Origin: Muribaculaceae bacterium
GTDB lineage: Bacteria > Bacteroidota > Bacteroidia > Bacteroidales > Muribaculaceae
Length of the DNA stretch: 64,000 bases
Reading direction: 5' to 3'
Assembly (NCBI GenBank): GCA_009775225.1
Contig: VSPE01000004.1
Location: 15,667 to 79,666 of the forward strand
The notes beneath the pieces are model-generated. The model was not told the DNA's origin and searched no databases. It was given only the letters and a program-made list of their open reading frames with translations. Every line of letters begins with the position of its first letter. Within the stretch, counting starts at the first letter, position 1. Shown in pieces: positions 34,766 through 44,065 of this stretch. A program made the position numbers and the translations under genes.

Positions 34766-37700
34766 TTATTGCTTTTCGGCGGTGTCGGTTTTTGAGCCTT
34801 TGAATGAAAATACTTTCGACAGGTACTTTTCGTTGAAGCGCTGCAGCAACTCCCAGAAGTTCGGAACGAAGAGCGTGCCGAGAACTGCGTTGACTGCCAT
34901 GCCGAACACTACGGCAGTGCCGAGCGAGATGCGGCTTGCTGCACCAGCCCCGGTGGCGAAGAGCATGGGCATTACTCCGAACACGAATGCGAGCGCTGTC
35001 ATGAGGATTGGGCGCAGGCGTACGTTGCCGGCGTTTTCGGCCGCCGCACGGATTGGCTGGCCGGCTTTGCGGAAGTCCATGGCGTACTCCACGATGAGAA
35101 TTGCGTTTTTGGCCGCCATGCCGAGCAGGAGTATGATGCCAATCTGAGTATATATGCTGATGCTCTGGCTAAGGAACATGCAGCCGAGCACAGTTCCGAG
35201 AATGGCTGTAGGTGTTGTGATTACAACGGCTACAGGGTCTGTCCAGGATTCGTATTGTGCGGCGAGTACCAATATTGTGATTATAATTGCGAAAATCAGT
35301 GTGGTCGAGATTGTGGTGCCCGACTGTGTTTCCTGAAGGGCTTCGCCGGTCCATGCGTAGGAGAAGGAGCGTCCTGTGGTTTTCCTGACTATGTCTTCCA
35401 TCGTTTTTATTCCGTCCGACGAGCTTACGTGCGGTGCTACGGTGCCAGTCAGCGATGCAGTGGTGTACATGTTGTATCGCTTCACGGAGGGCGCACCCAT
35501 CGTTCGGTCGACAGTCGCAAACGAGCCGAATGGTACCATGTCGCCGTTTTCGTTTCGCACGCTGAGTGCTAGCACATCTTCGGGGTGGGCTCGTGATGCT
35601 GCCTGTCCGCTGATTATCACTTCGTATGTACGGCCGAACTTCACGAAGTCGTTCACATAGTTGCTGCCCATATATGCCGATAGTGCGGAGTATATGTTTT
35701 CGAGAGTGAGTCCATAGAGCTTAGCCTTGTTGCGGTCGATTTTTACGGCGTATTGCGCCACTTCGCCCTGATAAAGCGAAGTGATTTGTTTCAGCTCGGG
35801 GTAATCGGCAGCCGCCCGTTGTATTTCGTCGATTGTCTGGGCTATTTCTTTTGGGCCGAGGTTATTGATGTCGAGGAGCTGCATCTCGAGACCTGACGAT
35901 ACACCAAGACCTGGTATTGACGGAGGGTTGACAGAAAACACTACCGCTTCTTCTATGCCTTTGCTTAGCTCGTCGACTTTTGTTATAATGGCCTCTACCG
36001 AGTTTGCCGCCCCACGACGTTCTCCCCAGGGTTTTAGTACGACGAACATGGATGCGAGGTTGCTTGCGGCACCTCCGCCGAGGAAGGAGTTGCCGGTTAC
36101 GGCAATAACGTCTTTGACCTGAGGTATTTTTACAATCTCGGCCTCAAGGCGCCGGGTGATGCTGTCGGTGCGCTCGAGCGAGGCTCCCGGCGGGAGCTGT
36201 ATTGATGTAAGGAAGTAGCCCATATCTTCGGCCGGGACATAGCTTGAGGGCCAGCGCAGGAAGCCGAAGAATGTGGCACCGCATATTGCCGCGAAGATGA
36301 GCAGCGCAATGAGGGGCTTTGTGAGCATCTTGCCTACGAGTCTGTTGTATGCGTTTCGCACGGCTTCGAAGCCTTTGTTGAACATGCGGTATATGAATAA
36401 GCGCGGTTTGCCGCTTTCGGGGCGTAGGAAGAGCGAGCACATGGCAGGTGTGAAGGTGAGTGCGTTGAAGCCCGAGAATGCGGTGGAGACTGCTATGGTA
36501 AGTGCGAACTGCTTGTAGAGCTGACCGGTGATGCCGGATATGAATGCCGTGGGGATAAATACAGACAGGAGGACGAGGACTTCGCCTATGATTGGGCCGG
36601 TGAGTTCGTCCATGGCCTGTATGGCCGCCTGCTTGGGTGTGGCGCCGTCTTTGTCGAGGATGCGGCTACAGTCTTCGACCACTACAATGGCGTCGTCGAC
36701 CACAATGGCTATAGCCAGCACCAGGCCGAATAGAGTGAGGGTGTTGATAGTGAACCCCATGAGTTTCATGACGGCGAAGGTGGCAATGAGTGATACGGGT
36801 ATTGTAATCATTGGAATTACCACTGCGCGCCAGTTCTGCAGGAACAGCAGTATCACGAGCATCACTATCAGTGAGGTTTCGAGGAAGGTGACAAGTACTT
36901 CGTCGATAGATGCTGAAACGAAATCGGTGGTGTTGAGGATTATGCGGTATTCTACGCCTTCAGGGAAGTATTCGTTCAGGTCGGCGAGTTTTGCCTCTAC
37001 CGCTTTTGCCACTTTCATGGCGTTGGCTCCCGGCAGCTGATATATGCCGATGAGGCCTGCCTGGTTGCCTGACACGTTGGAAATCATAGAGTATGTCTGG
37101 CTGCCGAGGTCTACTGTAGCTATGTCTTTCAGTCGCAGCATGGCACCGTTTTCGCCCGTTCGGATAACAATGTTGCCGAACTGGGATGCCTCGTCGAGTC
37201 GTCCGCTTGAAGTGAGTGTGAACTCGAACTGTTGGCCGTTGTCGGTCGGCGGTGCTCCGGCCGAGCCTGCGGAGACTTCCATGTTCTGGCTCTCGATAGC
37301 CTCCATGACATCGGCAGGTGTGACACCTCGTACCCTCATCTTCTCCGGGTCGAGCCATACGCGCATGCTGTATTCGCCTGAGCCGAACGCGCTCACACCA
37401 CCTACGCCTTCGATACGCGAAAGCTCGTCGACTACGTTGAGCTGGGCGTAGTTGGTGAGATACAGACCGTCGTACATACCCGGTTTCGTGGTTTCGAGAG
37501 CAACGAACAGGATGATGTCGGATGAGCGGGACTCAACGCTCACACCCTGTTGTTTTACCGAGGCGGGGAGTACGGGTTCGGCTTGCGATACACGGTTCTG
37601 TACTTTTACGGCGGCCATGTCGAGGTCGGTGCCGTTCTCGAACGTGATTTCGAGGGAATATGAGCCGTCGGAGCCTGACGAAGAGCTCATATACATCATC

Positions 37701-37924
37701 CCTTCGACGCCATTTACCTGCTCTTCGATAGGGACGCCTACTGCTTCGGCCACAGTCTGCGCGTCGGCTCCGGGATAGTTTGCCGAGACGAATACTGTGG
37801 GCGGAGTGATGTCGGGATACTGTGCCACAGGCAGAGATTTGACTGTGAGCAGGCCTGCAAGTATCATCAGTATTGCCAGTACTGTGGCGAAGATAGGCCG
37901 GTTTATGAAAAATCTGCTAAACAT
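34766..37924 (-). CDS. RND multidrug efflux permease (AcrB/HAE1 type)
   Basis: 1052 aa starting MFSRFFINRPIFATVLAILMILAGL (canonical AcrB N-terminus). 12-TM layout with two large periplasmic loops. Confidence 0.95.
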   Translation of the reverse strand: MFSRFFINRPIFATVLAILMILAGLLTVKSLPVAQYPDITPPTVFVSANYPGADAQTVAEAVGVPIEEQVNGVEGMMYMSSSSGSDGSYSLEITFENGTDLDMAAVKVQNRVSQAEPVLPASVKQQGVSVESRSSDIILFVALETTKPGMYDGLYLTNYAQLNVVDELSRIEGVGGVSAFGSGEYSMRVWLDPEKMRVRGVTPADVMEAIESQNMEVSAGSAGAPPTDNGQQFEFTLTSSGRLDEASQFGNIVIRTGENGAMLRLKDIATVDLGSQTYSMISNVSGNQAGLIGIYQLPGANAMKVAKAVEAKLADLNEYFPEGVEYRIILNTTDFVSASIDEVLVTFLETSLIVMLVILLFLQNWRAVVIPMITIPVSLIATFAVMKLMGFTINTLTLFGLVLAIAIVVDDAIVVVEDCSRILDKDGATPKQAAIQAMDELTGPIIGEVLVLLSVFIPTAFISGITGQLYKQFALTIAVSTAFSGFNALTFTPAMCSLFLRPESGKPRLFIYRMFNKGFEAVRNAYNRLVGKMLTKPLIALLIFAAICGATFFGFLRWPSSYVPAEDMGYFLTSIQLPPGASLERTDSITRRLEAEIVKIPQVKDVIAVTGNSFLGGGAASNLASMFVVLKPWGERRGAANSVEAIITKVDELSKGIEEAVVFSVNPPSIPGLGVSSGLEMQLLDINNLGPKEIAQTIDEIQRAAADYPELKQITSLYQGEVAQYAVKIDRNKAKLYGLTLENIYSALSAYMGSNYVNDFVKFGRTYEVIISGQAASRAHPEDVLALSVRNENGDMVPFGSFATVDRTMGAPSVKRYNMYTTASLTGTVAPHVSSSDGIKTMEDIVRKTTGRSFSYAWTGEALQETQSGTTISTTLIFAIIITILVLAAQYESWTDPVAVVITTPTAILGTVLGCMFLSQSISIYTQIGIILLLGMAAKNAILIVEYAMDFRKAGQPIRAAAENAGNVRLRPILMTALAFVFGVMPMLFATGAGAASRISLGTAVVFGMAVNAVLGTLFVPNFWELLQRFNEKYLSKVFSFKGSKTDTAEKQ

Positions 37925-37932
37925 AGGCCGTG

Positions 37933-39045
37933 TTATTTGGAGACGGGTTCTACTTTCATGCCGTCGCGGACTTTGAGGAGCGCTTTGGTAACATATCGGT
38001 CGTCGGGATTAATGCCTTTTGTGACAATGCGCAGAGAGTCGTCGACGAGCTGGCCGGTTTCGATAGTGGTGTAGACCACACGGTCGGAGTCGTTTACGAG
38101 ATATATGTATGAGCCGAGTTGGTCGGAGCCTATGGCAGCATCGGAAATCAGTACTGCATGTGGCTCGTCTGTCACGGGCAGTTCGACAGTCACATACATA
38201 CCGCTTCGGAGTTCGTGGTATGGATTGTCTGTTACGGCCTGTAGCGCGAGTGTGCCGGTCGAAGTGCTGATAGCCGGAGACAGATAGTCGAGGCTGCATG
38301 TGTATTGGTGTTGCAGATGTTCGGGAATGGTGAGCGGGATGTGCGCGAAGTCAATTTTGCCGGCGGCGATGTTGTGTTTGAGATTGCCGAGGGACTCGTT
38401 GTCTTCTATTGCGAATTTCACGACCATGGAATTGTCTTCGTAAATCGTGGCAAGTGTTACGGGACTTGCCGAGCCTGCCACATAGGAGCCGACATCGTGC
38501 ACTACAGTAGTGATATGGCCGTCGAAGGGAGCGCGTACGGTACAGTAGGATAGTTGCGTTTGTGCTGACTGTAGTGAGGCCCGGGCCGTTTTTACGGCGG
38601 CCTTACATTCTTCGAGGGTGCTTTTGGCCTGTGCCACTTCCATTTCGCTTACAGCGTCACCCTTTAGGGCCTCTACCATGGCGCTGTATCGGGTTGAGGC
38701 GTACTCGAGGTTTGCTTGTGCCTGCGACAGGTCGGCCTCGGCTTTCTGTACCGCGTCGATGTAGTTGTGCTCCTCTATCTTGAATAGAACGTCGCCTTTG
38801 TGTACTAAATCGCCCGAGGTATATGTTTTTGCCGTGAGGTATCCGTCGACCCTCGCAACAAGGTTTACCTCGCGGTTGGCAATCAGTTGGCCGGGGTATG
38901 ATTTGTGTATTACCACCGAGTCGACGAGCGGCTTGGCTACTTCGACCCGTTGGAGCGTGCCTTCGCTGTGAGTGTCGCTTTTTTTGCATGAAAAGGTGCA
39001 TGGTAGCGCTATAGCGGCGAGAATGCAAAAATAAGTATTTTTCAT
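37933..39045 (-). CDS. RND efflux periplasmic adaptor (membrane fusion protein)
   Basis: 370 aa with lipoprotein-type signal CILAAIALPCTFSC. Coiled-coil hairpin, lipoyl and beta-barrel segments (VRAPFDGHIT). Confidence 0.9.
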   Translation of the reverse strand: MKNTYFCILAAIALPCTFSCKKSDTHSEGTLQRVEVAKPLVDSVVIHKSYPGQLIANREVNLVARVDGYLTAKTYTSGDLVHKGDVLFKIEEHNYIDAVQKAEADLSQAQANLEYASTRYSAMVEALKGDAVSEMEVAQAKSTLEECKAAVKTARASLQSAQTQLSYCTVRAPFDGHITTVVHDVGSYVAGSASPVTLATIYEDNSMVVKFAIEDNESLGNLKHNIAAGKIDFAHIPLTIPEHLQHQYTCSLDYLSPAISTSTGTLALQAVTDNPYHELRSGMYVTVELPVTDEPHAVLISDAAIGSDQLGSYIYLVNDSDRVVYTTIETGQLVDDSLRIVTKGINPDDRYVTKALLKVRDGMKVEPVSK

Positions 39046-39082
39046 GTTTTTCGTTGTTTTTCAATATGACGGATATACGTGT

Positions 39083-40504
39083 TTACAAGCTGTAGCCGCC
39101 ACCGAGAGCTTTGTATAAATCTATCAAGGCAGTCAGTGCATTGCCGCGTGCCGATACAAGGCTGTTCTGATAGGTGAGATAGTTGAGCTGAGCTTCTGCC
39201 ACGTTGTAGAAGCCGGTGAGGCCCTGTTTGTACTGGTCGAGCGACAGACGTACTGCTTCTTCGCTGTTTTCCACAACCTTGGCAGTGCGGCTGATGTATT
39301 CCTGAGTCGCTTTATACCGAGCAATAGCCGTTCGGACTTCTTCGATAGCCGTGATGACGGTAAGGTTGTAGTTTTCGACTTCGTTTTCGAGTTCCTGGCG
39401 AGCCTCGAGTGTGGCTGCGCGGCGTGAAAGACCGTCGAAGAGTGTCCACGACAGTGTTGGCGCTATCGAATATGAAAAACTCGGGCCGCTGAAGAGGTCG
39501 CCGAATGAGTGGGCTTCGGTTCCGGCAGAAGCCGCGATGCTCAGCGAGGGGAGATATGCGCTTCGGGCAATGCCGAGCGAGGCTACCGCCACTTCGATGC
39601 TTCGCTCGGCAGCAACTATGTCGGGGCGGCGCCTGAGCAGGTCGATAGGGGCTCCTAACGCAGGCATAGGGTAGTGGTCGGGCAGCACACAGTCTGCGTA
39701 CAGGCCTTCGGGAAGATTGTCTTTGGTGGTGCCGAGCAGTACCGCCAACGAGTTATAAGAAGCCTCGATAGACGCTTCCAGCAGGGGAATAGACGCGATA
39801 GTGGAGTAATATAGTGTGCTTGCCTGCGCCACATCGAGCTTGGATACGAGACCGGTTCGGTGTCGGGTCTCGGTAATATCGAGAATATGTTTCTGGTTCT
39901 CGGAGTGATTTATGGCCACGGCAAGCTGTGTGCGGTAGACCAGCAGATTGATGTATGTGGATGCGATTTCGGCATCTAGTGCCACCAGGGCGCCGTCGTA
40001 TTCGGCCGCCGATACTTTTATCTGCGCTTTACCGCGCTTTGCCTGTGCGCGTATTTTACCGAATACATCCACTTCCCACGACATATTAGCCGTGCCACTG
40101 AAATATGATGATGTAACGGGCAGGCCGCTCCGTCCGGCCAAACGGCCCGATTGCCTGTCACGTTGCCACCCGAGAGAGATACCTATCTGCGGATAGTAGG
40201 CGCTTTCTGTCTGGCGGAGCGCTTGTCGCGAAATATCGATACGACGGGCGGCAATAGCCACATCGTAGTTGTTGCGTTCGCCTATAGCGATAAGGGAGTC
40301 CAGCATAGGGTCTTCGAAAGTGCTCCACCATTGCCTGTTCAAGTCGCATGACGATTGGACTCCGCCGAACTCATCGCCGGGGTTCCATGAAGAAGCAAGG
40401 TTGCTGCGAAGATAATCGCGTGACTCGCCGCCTTTTGCAATAAGCACGGTGCCGCATAGCAATGCGATACCAAATACTTGCTTAAGTGATGAGAAGTGCG
40501 TCAT
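39083..40504 (-). CDS. outer-membrane efflux protein (TolC/NodT family)
   Basis: 473 aa with a signal peptide and LLCG lipobox. Two repeated alpha/beta halves with the characteristic motifs YPQI..SLGW and YLPSLS. Confidence 0.9.
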   Translation of the reverse strand: MTHFSSLKQVFGIALLCGTVLIAKGGESRDYLRSNLASSWNPGDEFGGVQSSCDLNRQWWSTFEDPMLDSLIAIGERNNYDVAIAARRIDISRQALRQTESAYYPQIGISLGWQRDRQSGRLAGRSGLPVTSSYFSGTANMSWEVDVFGKIRAQAKRGKAQIKVSAAEYDGALVALDAEIASTYINLLVYRTQLAVAINHSENQKHILDITETRHRTGLVSKLDVAQASTLYYSTIASIPLLEASIEASYNSLAVLLGTTKDNLPEGLYADCVLPDHYPMPALGAPIDLLRRRPDIVAAERSIEVAVASLGIARSAYLPSLSIAASAGTEAHSFGDLFSGPSFSYSIAPTLSWTLFDGLSRRAATLEARQELENEVENYNLTVITAIEEVRTAIARYKATQEYISRTAKVVENSEEAVRLSLDQYKQGLTGFYNVAEAQLNYLTYQNSLVSARGNALTALIDLYKALGGGYSL

Positions 40505-40720
40505 AAATAAATAGTATTATACTTTTTATAACATTTCAGCTGATTGCATTGGGCTTGTCGGTGAGCGATGTTTAACGTTTTTTAAACGGCGTGGAGTCTC
40601 TTTGCAAGCAATATTTCATAGCGATGTGTGATAGGAGAAATTTACGAAGAATATATATGATTGATATATAGTAAAATAGTATCTGATGTACAATTTTATA
40701 ATAAAAAAGTCTGAAAAAAA

Positions 40721-40752
40721 TTTGGCAGATACGAAAAAAGTGCATAACTTTG
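40721..40752 (+). promoter_or_regulatory. Bacteroidota-type promoter for tRNA-Gln (-33 TTTG, -7 TAACTTTG)
   Basis: TTTG at 40721-40724 and TAACTTTG at 40745-40752 with a 20-nt spacer. The tRNA begins 23 nt downstream. Confidence 0.6.
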
Positions 40753-40775
40753 CAGCGCAAAAGCAAAAAAAACAA

Positions 40776-40846
40776 TGCCTTGTGGTGTAATGGTAGCACG
40801 TCGGATTCTGGTTCCGCCTGTGAGGGTTCGAATCCTTCCAAGGCAA
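40776..40846 (+). tRNA. tRNA-Gln: tRNA-Gln (anticodon CTG)
   Basis: Hand-folded 71-nt cloverleaf. Acceptor TGCCTTG/CAAGGCA (U1-A72, as in bacterial tRNA-Gln), D stem GTGT/GCAC, anticodon stem TCGGA/TCCGC with loop TTCTGGT, T arm GAGGG-TTCGAAT-CCTTC. No CCA is encoded. Confidence 0.85.
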
Positions 40847-40856
40847 CACAAAGAAA

Positions 40857-40894
40857 ATCGCAGTTGATAAATTTTAATCAGCTGCGATTTTTTT
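40857..40894 (+). terminator. rho-independent terminator after tRNA-Gln
   Basis: 12-bp stem atcgcagttgat/atcagctgcgat with one G-U pair, an 8-nt loop, then TTTTTTT. Confidence 0.65.
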
Positions 40895-40989
40895 CGTATA
40901 TTTGCACAATACCTTTACAGTTTCAAGCCGAAATAGCTGATGCTTTACATCAAGTAGCTTTGTCGGCATAGTAACACGAGACTTTTATT

Positions 40990-41421
40990 ATGGGAACGGT
41001 TGGACGCACACGATATAATTCATGGTGGGATGGGTCGACATGGTTCATCCTTGGAATTACCGCGTTGTGCTGCATTGCGCCTTGTTTATTGGATGACGAT
41101 ATATGGCTGACAATTATTTGTCTTGCGATGCTGGCTTTTGTGTTGTTGACTCTTGTCGGAATCTATTATCGGATTGACGGTGATAAACTTGTTGTGTACA
41201 CATTTTTTATACCGACATTCTATCCGATTGACAAGATTAAGGATATCAAGCCGACAAAGAGTGTACTCTCGTCGCCGGCGACTTCGCTGACTCATCGTCT
41301 GGCAATTACTTTTAGCGACCGTAAAATTCTCAAAAGTTCTATTCCGCTTATCATCTCACCCGTGCGCCAAGAGGAGTTTATCCGGCAACTTTTATCTATA
41401 AACCCCGAAATCCGACATTAG
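40990..41421 (+). CDS. membrane-anchored bacterial PH-domain protein
   Basis: 143 aa with two N-terminal TM helices, then YYRIDGDKLVVY...LAITFSDRK, a bPH-like pattern. Candidate -7 boxes are TAGCTTTG (40955-40962) and TATATTTG (40897-40904). Confidence 0.6.
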   Translation: MGTVGRTRYNSWWDGSTWFILGITALCCIAPCLLDDDIWLTIICLAMLAFVLLTLVGIYYRIDGDKLVVYTFFIPTFYPIDKIKDIKPTKSVLSSPATSLTHRLAITFSDRKILKSSIPLIISPVRQEEFIRQLLSINPEIRH

Positions 41422-41454
41422 GGCATGTTGCAGTACACAAATCGGCTCAGATTA

Positions 41455-41489
41455 AGAGGTTGTTTAACAATGATTATTAAACAACCTCT
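41455..41489. repeat. copy A of a ~35-bp palindromic repeat family
   Basis: agaggttgtttaacaat-g-attattaaacaacctct. 17-bp arms with one mismatch. It lies between convergent genes. Confidence 0.6.
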
Positions 41490-41527
41490 AAGTGTATAAA
41501 TAGCGGAACGTGCGATTCAGTAAGATA

Positions 41528-42535
41528 TTATAGCGGTTTATAGCCTTCCGGGACTGTCGCGTCGTTGATTTTCCATTTTCCATCAGTTTTTATCATAGAA
41601 AATGTTGTAGAACCGATGTGCCCCATATCTGACCAATTAACAATCACTGTGTTGTTCGCTCCGGCTATGATAGATATAATTTTTGAAGGAGTGTCATCGC
41701 CGTCTTGCACTCCTGACCTCAAAAGCCATGTTGCGTAACCTTCGGAGTCGGAGTCATTGGCTTTCTTCAATCGCTGAATAAAGTCGGAAGTGCAAATGTC
41801 AGCAATATTGAAATCAGTGTCTTTGGCTGTCTCAAATATCAAATTTTCATACAATTGCTTGATTTTTGCTTCAATTGAGGGATACTGATTGATGAAGGAG
41901 CTTTCGTCTCCTCTTATAAATATCGCGCCCGGCTCTTTGAAAGTTATAGGAAGGGTAAAAAGGAAGTTTTTCTTTAAGTGGGGAATATAGTATTTAACGC
42001 GGAAATTGGGTAACGCATTCACAAGTCTTAACGCCTCTTGATTGACGGTCTCGTTTTTGCTTCGACGCCTAATAATTCTCGGGTCACTGATTGAGCCGTC
42101 AGGATGAACGGTAAATTCTACCACTACTCTTTCGCTACCATTGAATCCTTCGGGAATACGGATATTGGCGTCAATCCATTCTTTCAGCTTGCCGTTGCCT
42201 CCGGGAAACTCACAGCGAGTGTCAAGATTGATTAAATATTTGCGCTGTTCAGCTTTTATATGCGCAAGGTATCCGGGCGAAACCGTGAAGAAGACAGCAC
42301 GATTGCCATACTCGTCGTTTTTAATTTCAGCCGATTGAATGGAGTCCGGATGAACTTCATTTTCATATGCGAGCGGAATCCACTCGTTGTTGAAATAGTA
42401 GAATACGGTTTCGGTGTCCCGTTCAGTCAGAGGGAACTGAATTTCGCGGACAATGGTGTCGTTCACGCAGTAATCCTGCGCAAATGTAATACACGACTGA
42501 ACAATAATCAAGGAAACTAAAAATAATCTTTTCAT
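41528..42535 (-). CDS. secreted protein with a TonB-C-terminal-like domain and an uncharacterised C-terminal domain
   Basis: 335 aa with a signal peptide. CEFPGGNGKLKEWIDANIRIPEGF...VVVEFTVHPDGSISDPRIIR matches the TonB_C pattern. A candidate -7 box TAACTTTG is at 42594-42601 (minus strand). Confidence 0.6.
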   Translation of the reverse strand: MKRLFLVSLIIVQSCITFAQDYCVNDTIVREIQFPLTERDTETVFYYFNNEWIPLAYENEVHPDSIQSAEIKNDEYGNRAVFFTVSPGYLAHIKAEQRKYLINLDTRCEFPGGNGKLKEWIDANIRIPEGFNGSERVVVEFTVHPDGSISDPRIIRRRSKNETVNQEALRLVNALPNFRVKYYIPHLKKNFLFTLPITFKEPGAIFIRGDESSFINQYPSIEAKIKQLYENLIFETAKDTDFNIADICTSDFIQRLKKANDSDSEGYATWLLRSGVQDGDDTPSKIISIIAGANNTVIVNWSDMGHIGSTTFSMIKTDGKWKINDATVPEGYKPL

Positions 42536-42616
42536 AGAGTATAAGGCGTTTATTTGCCAAAATGTAGTGGTTCTGTTGAAATCTTTCCGACGTCAAAGTT
42601 AGAAAGGGTGAACGGA

Positions 42617-43216
42617 TTAGGTCTTAACAAATGTATAGACCGCCTTGTTTTTTTGTTCGTTTCCGGATTTTTTAGCCAATTCCCGTCTGATACGGCTTAA
42701 ATGGTAGGGAGTAATCAACAGGAAAGAGGATAAATCTTTCAATGTAACAGTATCGACAATTTGGGGATATTGCTCACACAATTCCACATAACGCTGACGT
42801 GGCGACTTGCGGTAGAGATTGAACAATCGCATGAATACCATATTGAACAGTGATTTGTATTCATCAAGCAGAGAAGGGGAAAGATATTCCTTGAAAGTTT
42901 TTAACGGCACTCGCATTATCTCGCAATCAGCACCAGCGATAATTGAGAATTGGGAGGGTTCTCCGTGTAAAGACGAATGGAAATCTGTAATGAATTGACC
43001 CGGGAAGGCGAAATTAACTACTGCCTCATCTCCCGAATCATTAAGAGTTGCTAATTTGAAATAGCCAGACACTACAAGGGCTGTATAACGTGCGATTGTA
43101 CCTTGCTGCACAAAACACTCTCCTTTCCTATAATGGCATAATGTTCCATACTCACGGCAAAAATCGATGGCTGCCGTGAGATTCAAAAAATCGAGATATG
43201 AGTTGAACTGAGCCAT
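42617..43216 (-). CDS. Crp/Fnr-family transcriptional regulator
   Basis: 199 aa with a cNMP-binding beta-roll (GECFVQQG...LVVSGYFKL) and a C-terminal HTH (TLKDLSSFLLITPYHLSRIRRELA). A candidate -7 box TACATTTG is at 43226-43233, 9 nt from the ATG. Confidence 0.85.
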   Translation of the reverse strand: MAQFNSYLDFLNLTAAIDFCREYGTLCHYRKGECFVQQGTIARYTALVVSGYFKLATLNDSGDEAVVNFAFPGQFITDFHSSLHGEPSQFSIIAGADCEIMRVPLKTFKEYLSPSLLDEYKSLFNMVFMRLFNLYRKSPRQRYVELCEQYPQIVDTVTLKDLSSFLLITPYHLSRIRRELAKKSGNEQKNKAVYTFVKT

Positions 43217-43302
43217 AAGGAATTACAAATGTAGCAAAAAAATCTGTTATTCATCATCTCTGTCGTTCGCACTGCAGCTATGTACGACTGAACGAACGAT
43301 AA

Positions 43303-43893
43303 TCAGCGAGTGAGACACACAGACTTTTCTTTGGCGAGGCGGCGCAGGTTGAGGATGGCGTATCTCATTCGGCCCAGGGCAGTGTTGATGCTTACGCCTG
43401 TGAGTTCGGCAATTTCCTTGAACGACAGTTCGCGGTAGTATCGAAGGTTGAGTACTTCGCGCTGTACGTCGGGAAGCTCGTCGATAAGTCGCCGCAGGTC
43501 TTCTTCGATTTGCAGGTCTACCATTACGTCTTCTATAGTGTCCTCGGCCAGCTCCCGTCGGTTCAGAATGTCGTAGTCGGTGTCGTCGGTAGATAGTGAG
43601 CCTTCGTTTCTTTGGGCACGGAAGGTGTCTACCACAAGGTTTCGGGCTATGCGGTAGAGCCATGCGGAGAACTTGCCCATGTCGTTATAACGACCTTGCT
43701 TTATGGTTGTTATAGCTTTGACGAAGGTCTCTTGAAAGATGTCGTCAGAGAGGTCGCGGTCGCGAACCATCTGGAATATGTAGTTGAACAATCGCGTCTT
43801 GTGGCGAAGCAGCAGGGCGTCGAAAGCCTCGTTGTCGCCGTTGGCGTAAGCCGTGACCAGCTCCTGGTCGGGGAGGCGCTGTAAATTTCGCAT
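43303..43893 (-). CDS. RNA polymerase sigma-70 family factor (ECF/sigma-24 type)
   Basis: 196 aa with region 2 (FDALLLRHKTRLFNYI...DIFQETFVKA) and region 4 (REVLNLRYYRELSFKEIAELTGVSINTALGRMRYA). Confidence 0.9.
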   Translation of the reverse strand: MRNLQRLPDQELVTAYANGDNEAFDALLLRHKTRLFNYIFQMVRDRDLSDDIFQETFVKAITTIKQGRYNDMGKFSAWLYRIARNLVVDTFRAQRNEGSLSTDDTDYDILNRRELAEDTIEDVMVDLQIEEDLRRLIDELPDVQREVLNLRYYRELSFKEIAELTGVSINTALGRMRYAILNLRRLAKEKSVCLTR

Positions 43894-44011
43894 TTTCTAT
43901 TCCTTGATTGATTAGAGTAGAGATAGACCTATAGGCGAAATGTGTGGGGTTTAAATGGTTATTATATGTTTATATTCGATGCGGCTTTGTGGTCGCGTAG
44001 ATGCAAAAGTA

Positions 44012-44045
44012 CAAAAAGCGGCAGAGTCTGCAAAGTACTCTGCCG
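44012..44045 (-). terminator. rho-independent terminator after the CvfB-like gene
   Basis: 9-bp stem cggcagagt/actctgccg with a 9-nt loop. On the minus strand it is followed by CUUUUUGU. Confidence 0.6.
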
Positions 44046-44065
44046 TGCTTTTGCATTATTTAACA

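Noticed and set aside
40808-40814. tRNA-Gln anticodon loop TTCTGGT has G rather than A at position 37
   Set aside because: This could be lineage-typical or reflect my hand fold. I cannot compare with other Bacteroidota tRNA-Gln genes here. A tRNAscan-SE or Infernal run would settle the fold and the isotype.
40572-40849. Two minus-strand ORFs (89 and 77 aa) across the tRNA region
   Set aside because: They overlap tRNA-Gln and its promoter on the opposite strand and translate to low-complexity F/L/I/Y-rich peptides from AT-rich spacer.
41471-41500. 9-codon micro-ORF MIIKQPLSV inside palindromic element copy A
   Set aside because: There is no promoter or conservation evidence. It is most simply a by-product of the element sequence. 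It is kept only as context for the copy C start-codon observation.
43217-43302. Possible hairpin tcgttcg/cgaacga downstream of the sigma-factor gene
   Set aside because: The stem is only 7 bp with a 23-nt loop, and the T-run is about 20 nt away. This is too weak to call a terminator.
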